From: Raillietiella orientalis
Taxonomy: Eukaryota
Direction of reading: 5' to 3'
NCBI GenBank assembly: GCA_036172245.1
Contig: JAYWIR010000041.1
Location: forward strand, 1,302,001 to 1,366,000
DNA: 64,000 bases
Shown: positions 51,301-64,000 of the stretch, in pieces
Layout: each line of letters opens with the position of its first letter
Position numbering within the stretch: the stretch's first letter is position 1
Program-made: the position numbers and the translations under genes
Notes under the pieces: generated by a model
Told to the model about the DNA's origin: nothing
The model's input: the letters and a program-made list of their open reading frames with translations, nothing else
Databases searched by the model: none

Positions 51301-52199
51301 CCTTTTTCATTTTCTTAGGATTGCAGTGGGGCGGAGAAGTGAAATCCAGGGGACGGGACCTCATCTTCGAAACGGATTCGAAGGACGCGAACATTTCTAG
51401 TATCGCGGTAAAGGAAACACGAAGGTGTTTCGTGCCCGTTTAGACATCGTGCTACCTTGATCATTTACGATGCCGAGATCGAATGGCGCATACTGAAGCA
51501 TTCTGACTTTATTCGGTCATGTTATTACCCGAATTGCGACATTCTTACAGTAAAAAAAAAAAAAAAAAGGTTCGGGAATTGCGTTGGTGTCAGTCGCAGG
51601 AGATGCGCCTTCGTTTACTCCGGGAGAGGAAGCGCGAACCGAGCAGCACGAGGGGTCCTCTGACGGCCAGGAAGGATTTCACACTGGAAAACGCCTCGGG
51701 AGGTTTTCCAGCCTGAAATTCAGTCGACTGCCTTCAGATCCGTTGGCCGCTTTGTGAAACAGCTAGCAGGTTTGGGATGACCCAACATTTCCACGAATGG
51801 CAACTCTGCAGCATCAAGGTCAAGCCGCGTTGCTCGTATTCTCCTTCAGTCCATTCTTTTTTTTCGATCATGTCTTATGGAGACAAGTTCAACACATCCA
51901 CGTTTTTGTTTTTTCCCTTACATCGTTGCATCCTCCCTGAACAGCTCATCTTGTTTTAACGGTTTGCGCCTGCCTCGGTGTTCTGTGGAACCACGGATGA
52001 GAAAGAGTGCTCTGGCATTGGAATTCTTGCCTCACCGAAATCAGCCTGTCGCTACCACAGAAGCGATCCCCAAGCTCAAATGACTTGGATGGCACTGGTA
52101 TTGAGCACGTTGTCGAAATGATTTCTACACGAAAAATGTCTGTTTTCCTTCCTACGAATAAGTGCGATGCAGCATTGGAGGAGGGTTCAGTCGATGAGT

Positions 52200-52710
52200 G
52201 CACATCTGAATCGGACTTCAAGCTGATTTCATGATAGCAAACAACCGTCGTGGAAGATAATCGATGCTTTTCAAGTTTTCCGGATATGATCGTGAGAAAG
52301 AAATCAGCATCCTGAAAAAACCTGAGCATAGCATCTGTAAGAAATAGCATTTAAGAAATAGCATCTGTCTTCTTATTTCAGCCGAGGTCGGTAATTCATA
52401 GTAAAGGAGATTGAATCTATTCATGACAGCTTATCCTGCTTTACGCAGTTGTCACTGTGCTCGTGATGGTTCACTGTGATTTGGAGGGACCTTTTACTGA
52501 CTTTGATTGGTCGCACCGGCTTGTAATTCATGGGCATACTCTCCACTTAAGACCTTTAGAAATTATTACCCCGATTATTCTAGAATGATTCTGTGGAAGC
52601 TTCTTGAGGAGTCCGTCCGTGAAAGCTCCTTCTTCCAGTTCGCGACGTTGTTGCTGCTGCTGCACGCACTTGCCGGAAGCCAAGACTCCTCATCCGTAAA
52701 TGGATGGGAT
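52200..52710 (-). pseudogene. Possible SEC14/CRAL-TRIO gene fragments
   Basis: Minus-strand DEESWLPAS...NVANWKKE (cf. DDxxLLRWLRAR...WRKE), then after a ttttttcag acceptor FSRSYPENLKSI...FAIMKS (cf. NYPExLK...FxIxKP). Confidence 0.25.
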
Positions 52711-53039
52711 GGCTGGTGCGATCGTCGAGGCTGCTCACTGGGTTCAAACTGACTCCTGGTTGACGTGAGCCTTTGTCACCCCAAAGTTCGACAGTTTGTT
52801 TCGAAGGCGAAGCGTAAATGGGAAACTTCACGGACTGTCCCAGCAGAAAGCATTTTAAGAGATGAGGAGAGCATTTGGCAAGAATCGTCTTCTCGATTAT
52901 TTTGACATTCTTTTATACAAATTTACCGTCATTGAAGAAATTCACTGAGTTTTCACAGCATTTGAGCTTCGATCCTATTGAACTTTCTTTGAAAGTTGAG
53001 AACCCTTCCATGAAGACAATTATCTAGTCCCAACGAATT

Positions 53040-53200
53040 TTGGGAATATTTGTATGTGTGACGAACAAGCACCGGTACTCAATACATAAGGTCATCCAGC
53101 AACCACCAGTCTTGAGGACAGTGCTCTTGCATGTTTCGTTTCCGATAGCTTTCTCGAGTTACTGCTTGGGATTCCATACCTGCTTATCTGCAGTCCATAA
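53040..53200 (-). pseudogene. Possible second IR/iGluR pore-M2 fragment
   Basis: Minus-strand ARALSSRLVVAG (cf. PRALSxRxVxG) and GGCWMTLCIEYRCLFVTHTNIPK (cf. W...YxxxLxSxLxxP) in adjacent frames. Confidence 0.3.
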
Positions 53201-56200
53201 CTCCAAGAATAATTACAACTTCCTTGATTGCTTTCGTTTGCTTCCCGCTTAACCGTTCATGTGAATGATTTGCAGTGTTTTTTTGTTTTCGAGGACAACC
53301 TTTAATGGATTCCCGATTCAAGACATGGCTCCAGCCTTCATCATTCTTTGAATACAGTCGGAACTTTCGAAAGACTCCGCTCCATTCCAAGCACGGATCG
53401 TACACTTCAATTTTCGGTTGCCCCAACAACCATAGATGTCACTTCCCCCAAAAAACAAATTGCACTAGCAGGGTCAAGGTTTCCGAAGAGCAGTCTAAAA
53501 CCGAAAATAAATAAAGAGAAAACAAAAAAAAGGAAAAGAAAAAAAAAAAAAAAACTCCCCAGCAAGAGCGAAATCCAAATCAAAAGTAAATAAAAATTCA
53601 GCCGGCACTGAGAGAGGAATTTATTTTCGTTTTGTTAATCTCATGTCCTACGATTGCATCTGGCGTGTGCTTAAAGTGGTGCAAGAAGTACTTTTTTTCC
53701 TGTAATGATGAAAAACCTCTCTGCGAGGTTCACACTATCATGGAATTCTTGGAATGAAAAAACTCAGGAAAGTCTGTCACTGCTCTCTTGAGATGGCTTG
53801 TGCCCAGCCAACTTTGTGCCTTCTATGTAGATTTTTCGAAAATTCTTGGCGCTTTCGTGTTTCGTCTTTGACTTTCTGGATCCGAGCTGCTCCCTGCGTT
53901 CAGGCGTTTCATTGAGGACTTCGCCATCACGTGAGTTACAGATAAAGATGCATTTGTCTGCTGAGTAAACAGTGCAGCTCACATCAAAAGTCAAAGTGAG
54001 CCTTCATTACTCCTGAAAATCTTGGGAGAAGGTCAAGTGGTCCATGTCTTACAGAGATGGCAAGTTCGAGTCAATCAAATATCAAACAAAACTGAATTTC
54101 GAGTCGAAACTGGGTGGGTTCCCACCAGAAATCCAAGGGAAAGCAGGAAAAGAAATCAAATCAGCTGACCGAAAGTTACATTTCTTTCGGATTGCTTGAA
54201 TTCTTTATAACGCCATTTGGATGCAGCTCGCACAGGAGGATTCGATATCATCGGAAGTAACCGAGTTAACGCGCAGCCCAAAATATTGGGATGCGAGACC
54301 TCGTCGACGAATCAAGCGGAAGAATTTCCCAGGTGGACCTTTAGAGAATGCTTCCCCTATAGAACTTTCGAGCGAAGCTCAGGGAGGAAATCGCTTGCCC
54401 GCCATTTCAGGAACTCAGCCCCCGGTTTCTTCTCCGGAATGCTCTTCTTTCAAGAAGGCATACGGCAATCTGGAGGATACCAGTGAAGTGTTCCCGGAAA
54501 CATCGTGCTGATCGCCTTACTATTTTATTCCCTTTGGTTCTATTTGCATCCATTTGCTTTTTTCTTTTTTTCATCTTCACCTTGTCACTCTTCGCGGCTG
54601 CTGCAGTGACCAGTTTCCTGGATTGGATTGGTGTCTAAGTAAATACTTCGTTAGTGTACCGACAAAGCAGCAATCGCTGAAAATGACGCTGGCTGCGGTC
54701 TCGTAATAAAGGAAGGGAGTAAAATAATTTCTGGAGGACAAGATCCTTCCGGTGGTCTCTAAGACCAGAAGAGCGGCGAGAATTCAAAGATAGCGCATCA
54801 AGAAGATGGTTTCGAGAAAAGTAAAAGAACAGCAGAAACAGCAAAAAAAAGTGCGGATGATATCAAAAGTTCGTCACATGACCACCAGATTCCTTTGATG
54901 CCCACAAACAGGTTTTCCAGATGAAGCAAGCATGCATTTTTGTCTAAAATAAAAGGTTGCCCTCAGTTACCGTGGATTCATCCAACAACCTTCCAGAATT
55001 TACACGTGCGGAGCTTGAAAATCGAAAAAGGTTTCAAGGGATTTCTTTTCTTCTGCTTCAGAACCAGCAGCATAAGGTGCTCTCAGAATGCTTGAAGAAT
55101 GAGAATGAAAGCTGTCTGACTGGTAATTTAGAAGCTGAGCGCTGATTTCATGTGGTCCATCTTTCACACGATCGCGTTTTCTAATCTTTATGTGCTCATG
55201 CACACCACGAGAAAACTCTCCGTGATCTCATGTTTTAAGCTGGCGCCCTACAGCTTACAGGAGCGACAACAGCTCCCGGGCTGAAGCGGCATGAGACTTC
55301 TCTTTTAAAGGATGGCTGCGGCGCCCGTCGCTGGGAGTGCGCTGACACTGAAAACAGACGAAAAGCTCGCAGCTTTGGTGGTGCTGCGTATCACCTGATT
55401 CGTACGCGATTCTTCCTTCCTTCTTGATGCAATCTCAGGTACGCAGAAAACACGAAAAGAAAAAAAAGAAATAAATAAAAATGACAGTGCTAATGTGAAG
55501 TCAGTGCGGTGAGATGAAAAGAAGGAAATGCTATCTGGGAGCTACCGTGTTGCACACCCCACTGATACCGCATCGATGCCGTCTGAAACGCTGGAAGCTG
55601 AGGGACCATCATCTGGAACGAAACGTGGGTTTCTTACTTTCGTTTGTTTGCTTTCCTCGGATGGATCGGATCTTAGCTCTCTAAGATCGCCATTTCGAAG
55701 GCGGCGTCTTCGTTCGACTGCCTCTCATTACTGCTGCCTTTTTTAGGCCTACCGATTTGTTCCCGGCTGGAGATCCTCGTGCAGTGAACGGGAAGCTGCA
55801 GAGGGGATAGCACCACAAAGTTTGCGTTCCCTGTTGCACTCCTGTACTTGAAGCGTGTTCCTGGTTTGGGTTTCATGAAGGGCTTCCCGAAGATCGCAAG
55901 TGTAGCTCCGGCAAACACAAGAGCTTCTAAAGGTTTGAAACGTTGGGACGTTTACCTTTAGGGGAAGAGAGCTTACTCGTGAAGTACTGGCGTTCACAGC
56001 CACTCGCAGACGGAGACAGCAGTTCACTCCCCCTTCAAATCATCACCAGTTCCTCCTGAGGGTAGAAGTTTTTTTGCCGAGATGAAACTGAAAGGAACCC
56101 GCCAGTCTGGTGGGGAAGAACAGCCGTTCCTGTGCAAAAATTAGTGGTGAGAGAAGTATTCTCAGGTCCTGCACCAGTGGCAGGGCTTCGGTTCGTTGCT

Positions 56201-57569
56201 TTGTCTCTCTGTCTGATGCAGTGCCAGAATTCACTTAGCTCTGCCGGAACCAAGGGGAACTGCTTCCCATCTCTTTCATTAGCTAACTATGCACACATCT
56301 TGGAGCTTCCCTAGATACAGACTGCCACTTATAGCTTTCGCAGTCATTCCCTGACATCTGGCTGTTCCCATTTCTGATTGCAGAATGTTTCCGATGTTCT
56401 AATTAAGTAGTGATCGCACCTCCTACCAAATCTCGCAATGGAGTTTTTCTGGAACTTGACAGGAAATTATCCTGAACGTGTCACAGTCGGTGTTCCACGA
56501 ATGTTTTTCCTTTTTTTTCGTCTGCACGTTCCTTGTTCAGCGCAGGAACATTCGAACTCAATATACTGTTTTCCACTGAAAAGTCTATCGATGTCTATTA
56601 TTAGGTGTTTCAAAGACAGCGCTTCATTGGGAGAATTTGTTTGGAGCAGAACTGAATCCTCATCTGACAGAAGCTGTGGAATACTTTTTGCTCAAGAACA
56701 ACTGTAAATGTGTTACGATTTCCAACTTGAAATTCTGCTTCAATTGGAGTTACAATGTAACTTAATATGAGCATGGCTGGTAGTGATCACGTGTCCGTTT
56801 TGGAACCTCACTGGTAGGGATAAAAATCCATACAGAAAGAGAGACGCACGTTTTGACGAGCGGCGGCCATTAGGCTGCAGACTGTCGAATCTCATCTCGT
56901 GCTCTGATGCCACTACTTCGAGGGCTCTCATCGCTTGCGGAGCCTAGAAACGGTTGTCAGGCCGTTCCTTTTTTCTGCAAACGTAAGGCAACCCTTCCTG
57001 CTTCTTTCCTTCTGTTCATGTGGCTCCTCCCCTTAAGACTTTCATCTGCTTGGTCGGTGTAAGCTGCACTCCCTACCTCCTCCCACTTTCGTTGCTTCGA
57101 AGGGGCTTTATGGATTAAGCTGAAAGCCGGCAGCGCGCAACGCATGCTTTCTGAGTTCAACAGCAAGTTCTGCAATGAACCTGCAATCATTCCTTGCCGT
57201 GTACTTCGAAAAATTCTCTTGTGAGCTTTTGCACCCATTCCTTCTCGTGTTCCTCGGCTCGCATACAGATCGCCTTGTAAGTGTACATTCAGATGCTTTC
57301 TTTTTGTTTCCAGAAAATAGGCTATGACTCTTTTGATAATCATCTTTGCCCATTCGGTTCCTTTCGGTCTTTTGCACAACATATGATTCTATAGTCGGTC
57401 TCGAGTGCCTTGGAAACGGATTTGTTTCTTCGACCAGTTTCCCCCCCTCCCCAACTATAAACAACCGAAATAGGGTTCTTGAGTTAATGAAACCGTAACT
57501 TCAAGATCCAGTAAACAGCACGAGGATCAGACAATGACCTGACAGGGATTACCATTTGCACAAAGCTAT

Positions 57570-58660
57570 GTCCTACGTCGGGCAGCATCGCGAGTCCAGA
57601 CGACTTCTGTATACGGGAATGATCTGCATCTTTCCGACTCCTGTTTCGCACACGTCGCCAGCGTCAAAACATCCGCCCGTCAGGGCAGCGCTCGCAAGAA
57701 TCCGTATGGATTGCATGCTCAGAAAAATGGCGCTCACCACCAATAAGCGCAACCATTCCATCACGCCAATTCATCAAGTAGGCGACTCAAGGAAACTGGG
57801 AGCTAGTGGTCAACAGCCAGTCAACCCCGGGAGATGGCTAAAGACCTTGGCAACGAGAATGATTGTCCAGTCACCCTGCTCGACACGGCCCGTCAGTGTG
57901 AAAATGCAGTAACACCAGTGGATGCAGCATGGCAAAGAAAAAAAAGCAAACCGCCCCTTCTGCCTGCCGACTGGGGAGCGCCAGCTTCGGTTGAGAGCAC
58001 TGGAGGTCAGATCCCCGCGACCATAGACTAGAGGAGAGAGGACGTACTCAGAGAGCTCTGAATGTCCTTCACGCAGACACAAAAACAGGAAGAGGACAAC
58101 GGTGCATCCAAGCATGCAGCGCAGCCGGGACAGACCTTGGGTCACCGGCCAGGGTGAACAACTGCCAGCTCTCCTTCGACAGGATGACAAATGCTGGAAA
58201 CAGTATGGAATTACCCCAGCACTAAAGTCCAATAAGTAGGTAGCTGGGAAATCCCGGGTGTCACTTGGCTTTCCATGCTGCGAATCTCCCAGAGATATTG
58301 TCACGTCTCCCGCGAGACGCGACCCGCTAATGCAGGTGCAGTGCAGCACTTCCAGGCTGCACCGCGCTCTGCGAGCCAGCTTTAGCCCCTCGGTGGAAAT
58401 CAAGGGGACTTATTCACATCCTGAGAAGCTCGGAGTACGACCTCTCGTTAGGGAAGAGCACGAGCGAGGTCGTGAGGATGAAATGCGAGAGGCACCCCTC
58501 GAAGTGAACAAATGCCTTTAAGAGAAGATGGGTCGGGAAGTCTGAGCTGGATGCAACTCCCAGAATGTCCATCGAGCCATGCAGCTTTCCGCTTTTATAC
58601 TTCCAGCACTCTCAAGACACTTTCCTCCAGCAGAAGCGTATTGAACCACAATACCGATGC
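57570..58660 (-). mobile_element. Degenerate R2/NeSL-like non-LTR retrotransposon RT relic
   Basis: Ordered minus-strand motifs FNTLLLEESV/ECWK (cf. FNxxL...PxxWK), KAFVHFEGCLSH (cf. QKGF..EGCxEH), LFTLAGDP (cf. LFNLAxDP), LVYGRGDL (cf. LAYADDL), HLPG (cf. YLG), SSGLAMLP (cf. GGLGxP). Confidence 0.5.
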
Positions 58661-59699
58661 AAAACGGGGCTGTTGCGTTAATGACCAATAAACAACGGAT
58701 CCTATTTAGTCTGTGCGCAGTCCTTGTGTCCCAAAGTATAACGAAATATGAAAATGGAAACCAAATCTTTCAACTGTCAACCAATTCGAATGCTGTACAC
58801 TGCTGCTCCTGTTGTCAAACTTGCCATGGGTAAAGCACTGGAAGCACTTGAGAGTCCATCTTTTTTTCCCTCCCTTTCCTTTTCTCGAAATGGGGTCTGC
58901 TTTACGAGCTCTGCTTTACTTAGCAAAGCATATCAGGAGGGCTCATTACGTAGAATGCTGATCTCTTTTGTTTATTGCGGTACTTCTTTTGCGCTGCTGT
59001 TCAAAGCACAGAGACATCTGCTGGAGCCTGCATTCCAGCGTTGTTTCTGAGAAGGAGCACTTGACCTCCCAGAGGGAAAATTCTTCGATTCGGCTTTGCA
59101 TACTTCCTGCAGCCGTCTGGGGGTGTTTCCTATTCGTGCTTGATGCGTGCAGGCTTGAGAGGGTTCCGCTCCGCTTCCGGCAGCCGGCCACCCGACCGGA
59201 AGGCCTCTGGAAGTTTTCCCGCCTCCGTCGGCGGCCAAGGGTGCGTTCCCAGTGCATGTCGCGGCTGTGCCGCGCCCTGCTACACCCCCAGTCCCCATCC
59301 TCTTTTTCCTGTTTTTCGCCAAGTCCAGAAACTTAGCCTCGCCTTGTGGGACCTTGCTGCTGGCAACATCGGCCACCGTCTGCCCTTGTCTGTACAGGTT
59401 TTGTTCCGAACGGGGTGCAGAGCAGACCCTTATTGGATTCAGAAGATCCTGGGACCTACTGGGACCACTGACCGGAGCCGTGTGATCTTTTCATCTTGGA
59501 TACCCGGACCATGTATTTAAAATAAATAAATAAATCAAAACGAATGACATAAGATACCGCTGCATGTCGGTCGATAGTACCCGCAGAGACTACCCGCACT
59601 GGGAACGGAACTAGAAGGGAGAGGAGATAGGGACAATAAATAAATAAATAAACAAATAGAGGAAGGGATGGACCCGCCTCATGGGACTGAACACGATTC

Positions 59700-60120
59700 T
59701 CGTGGACTTGCATCAGGGGAAGAAGGGATTCGAAGGGGTGAGTTCCCCGGCGTTGGGTTTGCCTACCCAAAATCCTGAACCCCACATCCCAGATTTGGCA
59801 CCGTTGGCATGTAGGCGATGGCGATCGCAAACGGCTCTCCGGGACGGAATTCCACTCTTTCTCCATTTTGCAGGAATGTAGCAGGAATCGCCAGAGAGGA
59901 GGCAGACGGATAGCCCGTAAAAGCAAACATTCCTTTCAGCAGGTCCTGCGACGCAGCATCCGTGAAACGAAGTGCTTCGGCGAGGCGCTTCCATCCCTAA
60001 TCCGGCCTTCCGAGTCTAAGAAGGACACGAGGAAGTGTCTCCACCGCACCATAGTGGACTACCCAAAGTGGAGGCGCCCCAAATGAGCAGCTTGTCGTAG
60101 TCCTTGAACTATTGTAGGTC
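59700..60120 (-). mobile_element. Possible LINE post-RT relic (I-like)
   Basis: Minus-strand VHYGAVE (cf. LDYG) and FAFTGYPSASSL (cf. GAFRTSPxxSL). Weak. Confidence 0.2.
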
Positions 60121-61636
60121 TAAGGGAGGCCGCGGGAGTTGCGGGGAACGGGAAGCGAAGAACTCTTCGACGGCACGGGAGTTGTCGTTGTCGTCGTCCT
60201 CTGGTGAGAACCTTCGCTACAGTCACACTCCCTCTTCCTGATGAACCTAGCTGTATTCCAGGGTCCACTGACGAAGGCAGACAGGGTCGGCGGAAGTGGA
60301 AGTCTGTGTTAGCACTTCCCCAAAAAGGACCGTCTACCTTTCCGCGGAAAACTCAGTGTTTGTGAGAGTGTCCCTACAATGTAATTAAATGGGCTTGCCG
60401 AACGTGTGGCTCTTGTGTTCACCAAACCCTGAAAACCCACGAGTCCAAATCCGCGAGGTTTCTTCGATCCAATCCTCAAGAGAAAGAAGATGTATCTGAA
60501 TATCAGCGATTGTATTCTGGCATTTCGGCTCATTGCAATTCTAAAGTGTGCGATGAGTTTTGAGATTTTTCACTCGGTCACGCCGGGGCGTTTATTTTCA
60601 TAAACCAGATGGGAAGCAAAGTTCCCAACCGTCGAATACGAGATATAAAGGAGCGGGTCCACCGACACACAGGCCGGGAAAACGAGATGTCCGGAACGGG
60701 TAAGGGACAAGGGGACAAAAAAAAAAAAAAAATGAGGTTTTGAGATCAGGAAGCCTGCCGTGAGCCTTCCGAGTCGACCATTTTCTAACCACACGTTCCT
60801 TTTCCTTCCATGTGGTTCGAAGCTACTGATGCTGTTTGTATGAAGAAGGGAGGAAAATTCCATCTGTCCTCCTAAACACGCGGAGATGCTTTCTGGAATG
60901 GTTCACCAGAGTTTATAAAGCGGACAAGTTTTCCTCCCGGAAATCGTGAAATCCCGTTATTGTCAGAATGGAAGCGAAAGCAGGTCACGTTGCCATTGAC
61001 AGAAAAGCAACTTTGCTTTCGGTTCCTGAAAATCCTTGCTCTAGATGTAAATGCCTCGATGACGCATGCTCTGCAAATTCAGATGGTACCAACTAGCTGC
61101 GCCCAGAGGTCCGTTTTTTCACTGAGATAAAGGCAGCATTTTGGCGGCTGTTCCTCATCTGCAGATCAAGCAGCAAAACGCGATTTCTCAGCGGCTCCAA
61201 GGCAACCACATGGGAAGTCTGCAGTGATGGCTATTTCAGCAGTGCACACTCAGCTGCAGCTTGTTTTCGGCAAATTGAAGATAACAGGTGTTTTATCAGT
61301 AAACAAATCGACAGTTACGGCCTTTTCTTTTTTCCATTGCTCGGGCCTCGTTCTAAATGATTCTTGAGAAATGAAACCCTTTGATACCATGGATATCGTA
61401 AAATTATAATGAGCTGCCATTATGGTCTCAGAAAAAGGTGCCTGTAAACATAGCCCCATCTGGTTTTAGGCAATAAAAAAATTAGTCTCAAATGCATTTG
61501 CAAAAAAGAAAGAAAGTGTGATAAATGCGAAGATCTACAAAAACCCAATTTGATTTCGCTTGGATAAGTTGTGGCTAAAATTTGCACCCTTGCGAATGTA
61601 TGCGTTTTAGAAACGAATGGTTTGTGTGCATACATA

Positions 61637-61688
61637 ATTTAAAGTCATTTGACGATATATACACATATATCGTCGAATGACTTTAAAT
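61637..61688. repeat. Near-perfect 24-bp inverted repeat with 4-nt loop
   Basis: ATTTAAAGTCATTTGACGATATAT-acac-ATATATCGTCGAATGACTTTAAAT; 23/24 complementary, and the single mismatch is a G.T pair. Confidence 0.9.
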
Positions 61689-61864
61689 GATTTTCTTCAC
61701 CTTTTGAGATTTTCTTTTTTTCGGCTGGCCTTTTAACACATATTTCTCTCTAGGAGGGTTATCCTTGGTAAGGATTGCAGACGGAATTTTCTTGAAATTC
61801 GTGTCAGCGATCCTTGCAAATGCATCTCAGCGATCCTTGCATCCTTGATCTGTTTTTGAAACGC

Positions 61865-61950
61865 CGTTGGTTCCGGCCATCGGTCTTCACCCAAACCTTG
61901 GGAAATGGTTTGCCGTAGCTGGTTGCTTTTGACAGACACACGAGAAGGAC
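61865..61950 (-). pseudogene. Possible immunoglobulin (I-set) domain fragment
   Basis: LVCLSKATSYGKPFPKVWVKTDG resembles CxAxGxPxPxVxWxKDG. The rest of the domain is not evident. Confidence 0.2.
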
Positions 61951-63386
61951 GAAGTTCCTGAAAAGATTTATCTTGCGAAAGCATGCTGCATAGGGTGCGG
62001 TCACGTCCACGCGTACACTTCTCAAGCATACACTTCCTTGTCAAAAATAAAGCAGAGGAATTGCTCGTCACTCCGTTGCGACTTTAATGCTCATCTGCGG
62101 TCAGTTCGGCTTCAGCGTGTACACAGACTTCACGCGAACATACATTTAAATACAAAGAAGGAAAAGGCATGCACACAGTACTAATTGAAACCATAAAATA
62201 CTATAAAACGCTATCGAAGAGGACACAGTTTCTTGAATGCGCTCGTACAGATTTATCTCCGTCGTGCTGCTATGCTCGCAGTTTAGCGTACTATCTGAAA
62301 TTGCAGGGGATGCTCCAGTAAACGAAAGTCGTATAAAATTCTTCTATCGGCCACGTCCTGAAAATAACGCCTGCCAATATACTCCATTGGTCTTGCACAG
62401 GAACTGCACACGCTTTTAGACAAGAAGGAACTCAGTACGATTGCGCTGCTGTTGACTGATCAGTGATAGCAACGTTGAAGGAGGAAAAAAAAATCTCCGG
62501 CATTAGTTTTAGAAGCAAGATTCCTCGCCTCAGAGTGGAAGTGGGATGACTCCCTAATCGATCGATCGGTCAGCAGCGATGCCAGTCATCAAAAAGCATT
62601 CCCATGTTATTCTGAGATGTGAATGCAAACAATAATCAGTCCCCTCCACACTTGAAAGCATCTCCTCTTAATGTGAGGTTTGTTCTGCATCCTCTCTCGA
62701 GTTGGCTCACCAAGGCATTCGAACCAGAGAATGAAAAGTCGAGGTTTGAAAGCCGACTCGAGATAGTCCGCTCAGATACTGCGGAAAATCCTTCAAATCA
62801 ATTTGGTGACCTTTTCTTGATCCAGTGTCCTTGTTCTTGCAAGCAACCTCTCTGTGTGCGCTTGCCATGAGAATTTAACAGGTGCAACAACAACATTTTT
62901 GCAGCTTCCACGTAGCCCATACATCAAAAGAGGATTTCACAGTGAACTTGTTGTATTTCGCAGACAATACACAGAATGCAAGAATGTCATTGCTGAGTGA
63001 GATGAGGGGCCCGAAAGATGAAAAGTCACTTTTACACGAAGGCAGCCACAATTTGCGATTCCAGCACATCATCAAGTTCCAGATGGTCATGAGAACTTCA
63101 CAAGCAACACTTATTCGGCTTCATCAGAGGAGTAGCCATAAGCATCATGCCTGACTACTTTATTCTGATTATATTAGTTGGCTGATGCCGGACTGAAGCG
63201 CCAGACCCGAGCCTTCATGACTTTTTCGTACGTAATGAATTTTTGGCAATTCCAGCCCTCTTCTTCGCATAGGTATTGCGTAGACGAAAAGCTGGCTCGA
63301 AATGGCTCCCCTCTATCGAAAACCAGCGGCGTGCATAAATTTAGTATCCAGATGATTTTCCGAACTGCAAAATATGAATCCAGATA

Positions 63387-63401
63387 TGTGTGTGTGTGTG
63401 T
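63387..63401. repeat. (TG)n microsatellite
   Basis: Perfect tgtgtgtgtgtgtgt run. Confidence 0.85.
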
Positions 63402-64000
63402 TTTTTCCATTGCATATTTGTTGGGTCTTGGATCCATGGATGGATTATCTCTTAGAGGAGAGTGGTGGTATCCGTCTTCCCCACGGACTTGGCTTGTGGT
63501 CCTTTCCAAATAAGACTTCAGGAAAAGTCTTTAGAACTTCAGACACACCATTTTCCATTCACGAATACCTCATAAAGGCAAGCTGGCGTGATGTGCTCTC
63601 ATAATGTCTTGGATTTCCCAGAAAACGTCGGTTTGTTGTTTTGGACTTCGCAATTCATCGGAGCCTTTTTTGTCCTTAGGAGAGTAGATGCACTTTAGTG
63701 AAAATCCAAATACATTAACATTCCAATAAAAAAATATGCATTTTAGCTTATCCTTTTCTCTAATCATGATTACCTTTATCAATAATAAATCCTCTTCATG
63801 TTTAAAACCGGATTTTTTTTTTTTTTCCTTCCGTAAATTGTTCTACCGAGAGCAATTTGTCAGAGCTTCGTTTTTTGCGATCTCGTTTCGCATAAAACGC
63901 ATTCATTTTCATTTCTGTTTTTTTTCGCATCCCATGCATCCAAGTGTGCATTCACCTCGCTTGAATTTCTCATCCGGAAAGCAGGAGGTCATCGGGGTGG

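Noticed and set aside
1..64000. Prokaryotic operon or defence system
   Set aside because: No long intact ORFs or gene-dense organisation. Splice-like signals, eukaryotic TEs and a NUMT indicate animal nuclear DNA.

Overview
Eukaryotic nuclear DNA from an invertebrate animal, probably an arthropod. The evidence is a cox1 NUMT that reads only in the invertebrate mitochondrial code and a decayed ionotropic-receptor (IR)-like gene. I see no intact protein-coding gene, operon, rRNA, tRNA or CRISPR array, and most ORFs in the supplied track look spurious. The window is mostly decayed mobile elements: I-like, L1/Tx1-like and R2/NeSL-like LINE relics, Ty3/Gypsy pol relics and a possible hAT transposase relic. 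Two short MITEs have clear ends, one Tigger/pogo-like with a TA duplication and one hAT-like with an 8-bp duplication. The most unusual item is a GC-rich, frameshifted unit of about 5.2 kb (~15950-21200, +). In order it shows zinc-finger-like motifs, a long Asp/Asn/Glu-rich tract, tyrosine-recombinase catalytic motifs, a SANT-like motif and PR-Set7/KMT5A-like SET motifs, so it may be a relic tyrosine-recombinase element carrying a histone methyltransferase. All protein-family calls were made by eye from degenerate motifs and need HMM/BLAST confirmation. Relic boundaries are approximate.
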